Source: a virus
Lineage: Duplodnaviria; Caudoviricetes
Virus record (IMG/VR): IMGVR_UViG_3300031994_000053
Location: 25,879 to 89,878 of that record
Reading direction: 5' to 3' (one strand)
DNA: 64,000 bases
The notes under the pieces were generated by a model. The model ran no database searches. It was not told the origin of the DNA and was given only the letters and a program-made list of their open reading frames with translations. How positions within the stretch are numbered: the first letter of the stretch is position 1; every line of letters begins with the position of its first letter. The position numbers and the translations under genes are program-made. Positions 8,622 through 15,439 of the stretch are shown piece after piece.

Positions 8622-9321
8622 CAGGCTCGACAACCCGTGCCCGCAATGCGCGCTCAAGCACTTGAGCGCCGCGCTCGCGACGCATCTCGAGACCCCGTAT
8701 GTCCGGCGCGACGATCTCGACGCCAGGCTTGCGGCGATGTACGCCGGCGTCGCCTATGTGAATTACGTGGAATACCTCGAGGGATACGAAAGCCATGTCC
8801 ATTTCGCGGTCGGCGCGGTCGTCCTCGCCGAGGAGCACGCGGCGCGCGCCGGGATCAGCCTGGTGCCATGGCGTGCCGCCCGGCTGTGCATGATGGACCC
8901 GAACAGCGACGGCCGGCAGGTGCTCGCCGCACTGGCCGCGACCGATCCCGATCTCGAGATGGCGCACCTCCACGAGGCGTTCCGCGAGCTCCCGATGCTG
9001 GAGGAGGCCGTGGTCGACACCGCGCTGGCGTTCTGCTGCGAGCCCGCCCCGACGCTCGACGGCATCCTTGACGCGATCCGATGGGTCAACCGCAACTTCT
9101 TCGACGATTTGGCCGGTTCGGACGGCTCCGCGGGTGCGGTGCCGGAAGACGGCGAGAACCCACCGCCGGGTTCGGCGGAAACCACAGGAGAAAACGAAAT
9201 GACGAAAGCCACGGTGAAGACGGCCGCCGCGAAGGCGCCGGCCAAGAAGGTCGAGGCCAAGAAGGCCGCGACCCGCGCCGCCTGCAAGGGCGGATGCGCG
9301 AAGAAGTCCTGCAAGAAATAG
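8605..9321 (+). CDS. Hypothetical protein (238 aa) with Lys/Ala-rich histone-like C-terminal tail
   Basis: CPQC near the N-terminus; tail MTKATVKTAAAKAPAKKVEAKKAA...CKK has its own AGGAG and in-frame ATG at 9199. Confidence 0.7.
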   Translation: MYEIHDRLDNPCPQCALKHLSAALATHLETPYVRRDDLDARLAAMYAGVAYVNYVEYLEGYESHVHFAVGAVVLAEEHAARAGISLVPWRAARLCMMDPNSDGRQVLAALAATDPDLEMAHLHEAFRELPMLEEAVVDTALAFCCEPAPTLDGILDAIRWVNRNFFDDLAGSDGSAGAVPEDGENPPPGSAETTGENEMTKATVKTAAAKAPAKKVEAKKAATRAACKGGCAKKSCKK

Positions 9322-9330
9322 GGGAGCAGG

Positions 9331-9588
9331 ATGTCGTTCCTCAGGCCCATAAAGGGACACGCGATCCTCGTCGACCGGCAGTTCGGGCCGGTCGGCGGGG
9401 TCGAGATCCCCGAGACGCTCTGGCCCGACCGTCTCGACTTCACCGTCGCGGCGGCCGGGCCGGGCGCGGGGTTCGGCGTCGGCGACACGGTCGTGCTCGC
9501 CGACCCGAACGCGGGGCGCAAGGTCAGGATCGACGGCGTTCCGTACCGCATAGTGCGGGAGTCCGACATACAGGGAGTACTTGAATAG
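9331..9588 (+). CDS. groES: GroES-like co-chaperonin (85 aa)
   Basis: LRPI..AILV, GGVEIP, VAAAGPG, VGDTVV, G..V..DG..YRIVRESDIQGVLE. Confidence 0.85.
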   Translation: MSFLRPIKGHAILVDRQFGPVGGVEIPETLWPDRLDFTVAAAGPGAGFGVGDTVVLADPNAGRKVRIDGVPYRIVRESDIQGVLE

Positions 9589-9634
9589 GAGCAACCAATC
9601 CCGACAAACCAGTCGTTCCCGTAAAGGAGATGCC

Positions 9635-9889
9635 ATGATGAAAGAATGTGGATGCTTAGCGCTGATTATCGCTATCGTCTTCTTGTTTGTTGTCATGCTC
9701 TTAGAAGCCGAACATGGTTATAGACAAGATATGTATGAGGATTATATGCATGACAACTGCCCCGAATGCACGTTCTACAGAATGCTTCACAAAGACGACG
9801 TGGCGTTCGCCATCCGCGAGAAGCAGCGTAGCGAGCGGGCCGCGCGACAACTCATTTCTGGCGCGTGCCAGGAAATCCAGGAACCCTAG
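9635..9889 (+). CDS. Small membrane-anchored protein
   Basis: AAGGAG RBS; hydrophobic LALIIAIVFLFVVMLL; CPEC. Confidence 0.6.
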   Translation: MMKECGCLALIIAIVFLFVVMLLEAEHGYRQDMYEDYMHDNCPECTFYRMLHKDDVAFAIREKQRSERAARQLISGACQEIQEP

Positions 9890-9904
9890 CAAGGAGACAA
9901 ACCA

Positions 9905-10447
9905 ATGAAGAAATACCTACGTTGCCACTTGGTCGAGGCGCAGCCCATGACCCGTGGCGCATACAACAAGAAACGCGGCTGGACGGTTCCCGCCGACGAG
10001 GACCCCAAGGAGAAGGGCTATCTGGTGAAATATCCGGACGGCTACGTCTCATGGTGCCCGAAGGCACAGTTCGAGAAGCAGGGCTTCCCGCTTGAAGACG
10101 GGACGAAGATCACAGGAAAAGACCTTCTTGACTTCAAGCTTCTCGGCAATCAGACGGTCAGCACGGAGAAGACCTCCGACGGCAAGCCGTTCACGCTACT
10201 CGAGATGGTCTATCCGACCGGCTTCACAGACTTCGCGACATCGATGTGCGTCGATCCGAAGAACTACTCGGAGGAGATTGGCTGTAGCAACTGCATCGAG
10301 CAAACCAACGGCCGTCTCTGGGCCTACCTCGGCTTCATGCTGGCATGGGCGAAGGACGGGCTTTCCGACAAGGCCCTGGAAATCGCCCGCAAGGAAGACG
10401 CCGAAGCCGCCGCGAAGGCTCCGACAACGAAGAAAGGCGGTAAGTAA
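9905..10447 (+). CDS. Two-domain protein: EAQPMTRG..GYLVKYPDGYVSWCPK domain plus N4 gp49/Sf6 gp66-like domain
   Basis: C-terminal GF...SMCVDPKNYSEEIG...LWAYLGFML matches the gp49/gp66 consensus; AAGGAG RBS. Confidence 0.75.
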   Translation: MKKYLRCHLVEAQPMTRGAYNKKRGWTVPADEDPKEKGYLVKYPDGYVSWCPKAQFEKQGFPLEDGTKITGKDLLDFKLLGNQTVSTEKTSDGKPFTLLEMVYPTGFTDFATSMCVDPKNYSEEIGCSNCIEQTNGRLWAYLGFMLAWAKDGLSDKALEIARKEDAEAAAKAPTTKKGGK

Positions 10448-10707
10448 TGGGATACATGGACTTCGGCGCGGCAATACGAGCCCTTAAGGAAGGCAAGAAG
10501 GTCGCGCGCTTTGGCTGGAACGGCAAGCGTCAGTATCTTTCGCTTGGCACGGAGTTCACCTATGTGGACTGCAATGGCAAGCAGAATGCCGAACACGTCA
10601 CCTCTGGCCGCGCGGCAATCGTCTTCCACGGCACAATCGGCGAACAGGTTGGCTGGCTCGCCTCGCAGGCCGACATGCTTTCCGAAGACTGGGTTATCGT
10701 TGAGTAG
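10447..10707 (+). CDS. DUF2829 (Tad2-like) protein (86 aa)
   Basis: MDFGAAIRALKEGKKVARxGWNGK..YL ... GWLASQADMLSEDW signature. Confidence 0.85.
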   Translation: MGYMDFGAAIRALKEGKKVARFGWNGKRQYLSLGTEFTYVDCNGKQNAEHVTSGRAAIVFHGTIGEQVGWLASQADMLSEDWVIVE

Positions 10708-10729
10708 GCGTAAACCAAAGGAAGGACAC

Positions 10730-10921
10730 ATGGCATGGAACAAGAAAATGAACACGCCGGAATCGGCGAAGGGGATGTTCGACGGGAGGACGAAGGCGTC
10801 GCTCCGGTCGGAGCAGTCGAGGCTCCGGTCGAAGGAAACCCGGACGGCGGCGGAACAGAAGCGCCTCCGCCGGGTGAACTTCGCCCTGAGGGCCAAGAAC
10901 AAGTTCGGCCCGGCGAAGTAG
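10730..10921 (+). CDS. Small basic protein (63 aa)
   Basis: AAAGGA RBS 7 nt upstream; strongly GC3-biased codons; Arg/Lys-rich. Confidence 0.65.
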   Translation: MAWNKKMNTPESAKGMFDGRTKASLRSEQSRLRSKETRTAAEQKRLRRVNFALRAKNKFGPAK

Positions 10922-11316
10922 CGAAACCGCGCCGCCCGGGAATTCGGATCAAGTTCCGGAACCTCCGCGGCGACCCGGCGCTCGAGGCCGAAACCGAGAG
11001 GTTCCGCGGGTGGCTCCGCACCGGCGTCTCCACGGATCTCCTCACCGACGAGCTCGGCGCCCCAGAACCCGGCGAGGACGGCGCGGTGACCTGGACCGTC
11101 ACGCCCGAGACGCTCGGGGCGTGGGCGAAGCGGCACGAGGGCGAGACGTTCGACGACCCGCGCCCCCCGCGGAGCCCGCAGCGCGCCCGTCCGGGCGCCC
11201 GACCCACGCTCGACGAGTTCCTCGCGCAGGGGCTTGTCGCGGAGGACTACGCCGCGTACCAGCGCGGATGCAAGCTCGCCGAACTGTACAGGAGTCTGTA
11301 CGGGGAGGCCCGGTGA
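10735..11316 (+). CDS. Hypothetical protein; start uncertain (ATG 10735 or a non-canonical start near 10940)
   Basis: Coding-like codon bias only downstream of about 10940; stop overlaps GTG 11313. Confidence 0.5.
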   Translation: MEQENEHAGIGEGDVRREDEGVAPVGAVEAPVEGNPDGGGTEAPPPGELRPEGQEQVRPGEVAKPRRPGIRIKFRNLRGDPALEAETERFRGWLRTGVSTDLLTDELGAPEPGEDGAVTWTVTPETLGAWAKRHEGETFDDPRPPRSPQRARPGARPTLDEFLAQGLVAEDYAAYQRGCKLAELYRSLYGEAR

Positions 11317-11525
11317 ACAAGCACCGGCACTGGGAGTACATGGTCGTCGCGGTCGGGGAACGCCCGGCCGCGACGCCTGACTCCCCCGTGTTTTTCAGCA
11401 TGAAGGCCGCGCAGGCCGAGAAGGACAGGCTCGATACCACGGATTGCATATACGACATCCCGAGCAAAGGCTACCGGATCGTGCGCCGCTGGGTCGAGCA
11501 CGGAAGATGGGAGAGGGTAAGATGA
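11313..11525 (+). CDS. Hypothetical protein (70 aa)
   Basis: GTGA overlap upstream with GGGGAGG RBS; ATGA overlap downstream. Confidence 0.6.
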   Translation: MNKHRHWEYMVVAVGERPAATPDSPVFFSMKAAQAEKDRLDTTDCIYDIPSKGYRIVRRWVEHGRWERVR

Positions 11526-13486
11526 ACGCGAAGATCGACTGGGGCAGGTATTTCGACCATATCTACTGCCTGTGCTACCTGGGTTCGGAGCACCAGGCCG
11601 TGAAGCGCCGGCTTTTGGAGGCCGAGCTGACAAGGACCGGCATCCTGGGGTCGGGGGTTTTTTCGTGGCAGTACACCACGCCGGACCCGTGGGACGAGGT
11701 TATTTCGGGACGGCTCCGCAAGCGGGTGCTGGGCAGCCCGGCCGCCAACGTCGGATTCATAAACCTGGGGCTCGCGACCGCCCGCATCTTTCGGGAGGCG
11801 AAAGCGCTCGGGTACCGCCGCATCCTCGTGCTCGAGGACGACGTGGCGTTCCTGAAGGATCTCAGAGAGGTTGAGATAATCCTCGAGAATATCCCCGATC
11901 GCAGTCTCGTCATGTTCGACAAGTTCCTGGACTGGGGCCTGACGTTGGACGAATACATGGGTTTCGTGCGGGAACACACAATCAATCCGTGTTTTTTCGA
12001 GGGGCGCGAGCTCCACACCGTAGGCGGGGTCGCGTTTTCGGTTGACCAGACGGCCATGTCGTTCTACATCCGGCGCTACGAGAATCCGGACGAAGGCCCC
12101 CATGCCGCCGATTCCTATTTCGATTGCTTCCCCGACCGTGCAGTGGCCATAAAAAGCCTGGCCGTGCAGGTGCAGTACGCTTCCGCGCTGTCTCCATCCT
12201 ACTGTTTCGGCAAGGGCATCGTCAACTCGCACACGAACGCCTACCGCCCCTCCGGCACCGACTACAGGGACTACGCCGTGCCGGACGGCTACACGATGGA
12301 CTCGCCGCCCTTCGACCTCGCCACGCTGGAGGACAAGCCGGCCGAAGTCCCGCCGCGGCCCCGCCCCGCCGTCGCCAGGAAGGGCCGCTTCTTCGTTTCC
12401 GTCTACGCCATCGCCAAGAACGAGGAGAAGTTCGTCGACCGCTGGATGGACTCGATGTCCGAAGCCGACGAGATCGTCGTGCTCGACACGGGCTCGTCCG
12501 ACGGGACCGTCGCGAAGCTGCGGGGGCGCGGCGCCCGCGTCGAGGTGAAGGAGTTCCACCCCTGGCGGTTCGACGTGGCCCGCAACGCGTCGATGGAGCT
12601 TTGCTCCCCCGGGGCCGACATTCTCGTGTGCACGGACCTCGACGAGGTCCTCAGCAAAGGATGGCGCAAACAGCTCGAGGACGCGTGGGGCAAGGCGGTC
12701 GACGCCGGGAAGCGCCCGACGACCGGCCAGTACCGGTACATCTGGAATTTCACCGCGGACGGCAGGCCGGACCGCACGTTCACCTACGAGAAGGTCCACG
12801 CGCCGGACACCTGCAAGTGGACGCATCCCGTCCACGAAATACTTTCCTACCACGTCCCGAGGATCCCGGTCGAGATCCCCGGCATGGTGCTCGAACACCA
12901 CCCGGACCGGACGAAGTCCCGGGCGTCGTACCTTCCGCTCCTCGAGATGAGCGTCGAGGAGGACCCGGAGGACGACCGCAACATGCACTACCTGGGGCGC
13001 GAGTACATGTTCCGCGGGGAGTGGCAGAAGGCGATCGACACGCTGCTGCGCCACCTCGCGCTCCCGAGGGCGAAGTGGCGCGCGGAGCGCGCGGCCTCGA
13101 TGCGCTTCATCGCGAGGTGCTACGCGAACCTGGGGAAGGACATGACGGCGGAACTGTGGTTCTACCGGGCGATGGACGAGGCCCCCGACCAGCGGGAGTC
13201 GGCGGTCGAGTTCGCCCAGTGGCTGTACGGGCGCAAGGCGCCATGGAGCCAGATCGCCGCCGCGTGCCGCCGCGCCCACGCGGTCGAGGCCCGCTCGGGG
13301 TCGTACCTCACGGAGGCCGAGGCGTGGGGCGAGAAGCCCTACGACCTGCTGTCGCTGGCGCTCTGGAACCTGGGGGACGCGCCGGAGGCGCTGTGCGCCG
13401 CGCAGAAGGCGCTGGAGCTCGCGCCGGGCGACTCGCGAATCGCGAACAACGTCGCGCTCATGGAAAAGGCGGTGAAAGGTGAGTGA
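11522..13486 (+). CDS. GT25-GT2-TPR fusion glycosyltransferase (654 aa)
   Basis: N-terminal FDHIYCL...ILVLEDDV (GT25); YAIAKNEEK, VVLDTGSSDGT, FDVARN, DLDE, VHE (GT2); C-terminal helical TPR-like repeats (YLGREY, AIDTLLRHL, ALCAAQKALELAPGD). Confidence 0.85.
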   Translation: MNAKIDWGRYFDHIYCLCYLGSEHQAVKRRLLEAELTRTGILGSGVFSWQYTTPDPWDEVISGRLRKRVLGSPAANVGFINLGLATARIFREAKALGYRRILVLEDDVAFLKDLREVEIILENIPDRSLVMFDKFLDWGLTLDEYMGFVREHTINPCFFEGRELHTVGGVAFSVDQTAMSFYIRRYENPDEGPHAADSYFDCFPDRAVAIKSLAVQVQYASALSPSYCFGKGIVNSHTNAYRPSGTDYRDYAVPDGYTMDSPPFDLATLEDKPAEVPPRPRPAVARKGRFFVSVYAIAKNEEKFVDRWMDSMSEADEIVVLDTGSSDGTVAKLRGRGARVEVKEFHPWRFDVARNASMELCSPGADILVCTDLDEVLSKGWRKQLEDAWGKAVDAGKRPTTGQYRYIWNFTADGRPDRTFTYEKVHAPDTCKWTHPVHEILSYHVPRIPVEIPGMVLEHHPDRTKSRASYLPLLEMSVEEDPEDDRNMHYLGREYMFRGEWQKAIDTLLRHLALPRAKWRAERAASMRFIARCYANLGKDMTAELWFYRAMDEAPDQRESAVEFAQWLYGRKAPWSQIAAACRRAHAVEARSGSYLTEAEAWGEKPYDLLSLALWNLGDAPEALCAAQKALELAPGDSRIANNVALMEKAVKGE

Positions 13487-13613
13487 GGTCTGCGCCATGT
13501 TCTTCGGCGGCGTGATAGTCGGGTGTCTGATCGCCGCGTCGTTTCTGGCAGGCCGCCGCTGCGGCTACTGGGAGAGGGTTGAGGAGGAAAGGTTTGCAAG
13601 GGGCATACGATGA
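13479..13613 (+). CDS. Small single-TM protein (44 aa; not in the ORF track)
   Basis: GTG 13479 after AAAGG; MFFGGVIVGCLIAASFLAG; TGA overlaps ATG 13610. Confidence 0.55.
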   Translation: MSEVCAMFFGGVIVGCLIAASFLAGRRCGYWERVEEERFARGIR

Positions 13614-14236
13614 GGAACGAAAAGATACTGGAGATCGTCCGCGGGATGAACAAACGGCTCCCCGAAGAAGCCGACGGGCTTGCCAACGTCGACGTCGGCT
13701 GGTGGAGAGACGCCTGCAAGAAGCTCGAAGCGGCGGCGTCCGACAAGGGCAACTGCGGGCAGATCGACAACACGAGCTACTACAGGCTGCCCGACGGGCG
13801 CCAGCTCGAGGACTTCATCTGGGACCGCGGGCTGTCGTTCGCGGAGGGCTCGGCGGTCAAGTACCTCTACCGCGCCGGGCATAAGGACGGGGAGTCCAGG
13901 GAGAAGGACGTCGCGAAGGCGAGGCACTACGCGAGGTTCGTGGCCGCAAGGGAGCTCGACGCGGAGGACAACGTCTGGGGCCGGATTGTCGGTCTCGTCG
14001 AGGCGGCGAGGTCTTTCAGGCAGGCCGCGGGGCGCCCGCCGTTTTCCAAGGTCCTCGGGAAGTTCCTGTCGAGCGGGCCCATGTGGGCCTGCGTCTCGCT
14101 GCTCGTCGCGATAGTCGCATTGGGCGTCGCCTGCAACTTCCCGTGGTCGGCCGTTCCGGCCGTGGCGGCCTGCCTATTCTGGCTGGGCGCCGAGTGGCGC
14201 CTGGCCCGGAGGCGCGCCGCCCCCGGCCTGCTCTGA
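13610..14236 (+). CDS. DUF3310 domain protein with C-terminal transmembrane hairpin
   Basis: YY.....QLEDFI....SFAEGSAVKYLYRAGHKD...EKDVAKARHY; hydrophobic WACVSLLVAIVALGVA..WSAVPAVAACLFWLGA. Confidence 0.75.
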   Translation: MRNEKILEIVRGMNKRLPEEADGLANVDVGWWRDACKKLEAAASDKGNCGQIDNTSYYRLPDGRQLEDFIWDRGLSFAEGSAVKYLYRAGHKDGESREKDVAKARHYARFVAARELDAEDNVWGRIVGLVEAARSFRQAAGRPPFSKVLGKFLSSGPMWACVSLLVAIVALGVACNFPWSAVPAVAACLFWLGAEWRLARRRAAPGLL

Positions 14237-15439
14237 AGAAGGCTCTTTGGCCCCGCCGCCGGGTTCTCCTTGGCTCTTTCCCGGGGCGGGGCCGTTTTTC
14301 TTTTCCGGCCTCGGCGACTGCCGGACCTTCGCGATGATGTCCCGGATGCGCTGGACGTTCGCCTGCTCCTCCCCGGTCTGCGGGGCGCCCATTTCCATCA
14401 CGGCGTCGAGGAACTCGACGGCCTCGTCGAGCTGCTCGTCCGTGGGGTCCTCGACGGACGTGTCGAAGGTGCAGATGCGGGCGAGGATCGTCCGGCGCAG
14501 CATGAGTTCGTCGCCGGCGTAGGCGGTGTCGGAGAAGAATTTCCTCTGCTCCCCCGTGGGCTCGGCCTGCGGGTCGAAGCCGTTGACCTCCATGAGAACG
14601 CGGAACGCCTCGTTGTACGCCGTGCAGAGGCCGTCCCGCTTGTCCTTGAAGACCTTCGGGTTGATCACTATGCGCGCGGGGGCCGAGGGCTCGGGGGCGG
14701 GCTGGGGGTCGGGCCCGCGTGTCTTCGAGCCGGAGACGCCGCCGCCTTTGGCGTCCTGCCGGACTTCCGCGTCGGCCTTCACGCGATATAGGTCCCCCGC
14801 CCTCAGCGTGGTGTCCGTCAGCTTGGGGTTGAGTTCCTTCAGCCGCTCCACGGACACCCCGGCGAGCTTCGCGAACTCCCCGATCGACCGGATGTCCTCG
14901 CCGACGCGCATGTGCGTCCCCGCGTCGAGCAGCGCCTTGTATTCCGGATACTCGTAGTCTTCGCCGAAGAAGTTCTTGTGGCCGAGGCGCCGGCGCGTCT
15001 CCAAACCCCGCATGATCCGGCCGCCGGCCTTCCGGTACGACGGGTACTCCGCCTTGACCGCGTCGAGCAGCTCCTGTTCGTTCTTCGCGGCCTTCAGCGC
15101 CTCGTGCAGGAGCGGCGACCTCCGCTCGGTCAGCACGTCGCGGACACCGAACGCGACGTCGATCAGCGCGCGCTTCCCGGCGTCGGGGATCTCGTCGTAC
15201 CTCGGGATCGTTTTCCCGAGCCACGCCTCGCGCTCCTTGATGTCACGCGTCAGCAGCGCGTCGGCGTCCTCCTCCGTGATGACATCGCCTTTCTGGACCT
15301 GCCCCCCGTCGGCGCGGAAGTGGCTCCCGTAGCCATAGTAGTACTTTTCGTCCACGTCCGGCTTATCCGCGGTTCCGGTGAACCCCTCCCGGTCCTTGAG
15401 GTGGTCCCGGAGCGTCTTGTCCTGTGCCAGTGTCGCCAT
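14174..15439 (-). CDS. GH24-like lysozyme plus LysM plus C-terminal domain; likely virion-associated
   Basis: REG..D..GYGSH, ITEEDADALLTRD, ALIDVAF, YRKAGG..MRGL..RR; LysM SIGEFAKLAGVSVERLKELNP....LRAGDLYRV. Confidence 0.8.
   Translation of the reverse strand: MATLAQDKTLRDHLKDREGFTGTADKPDVDEKYYYGYGSHFRADGGQVQKGDVITEEDADALLTRDIKEREAWLGKTIPRYDEIPDAGKRALIDVAFGVRDVLTERRSPLLHEALKAAKNEQELLDAVKAEYPSYRKAGGRIMRGLETRRRLGHKNFFGEDYEYPEYKALLDAGTHMRVGEDIRSIGEFAKLAGVSVERLKELNPKLTDTTLRAGDLYRVKADAEVRQDAKGGGVSGSKTRGPDPQPAPEPSAPARIVINPKVFKDKRDGLCTAYNEAFRVLMEVNGFDPQAEPTGEQRKFFSDTAYAGDELMLRRTILARICTFDTSVEDPTDEQLDEAVEFLDAVMEMGAPQTGEEQANVQRIRDIIAKVRQSPRPEKKNGPAPGKSQGEPGGGAKEPSSEQAGGGAPPGQAPLGAQPE
14249..14304 (+). 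terminator. Intrinsic terminator closing the + strand arm, lying inside the 3' end of the antisense lysozyme ORF
   Basis: GGCCCCGCC-G-CCGGG / CCCGG-GGCGGGGCC stem, then GTTTTTCTTTT. Confidence 0.65.

Noticed and set aside
14174-14236. 63-bp convergent overlap of the two arms as a functional antisense system
   Set aside because: It involves only a low-complexity Pro/Gly tail; a common outcome at convergent junctions in GC-rich phages.
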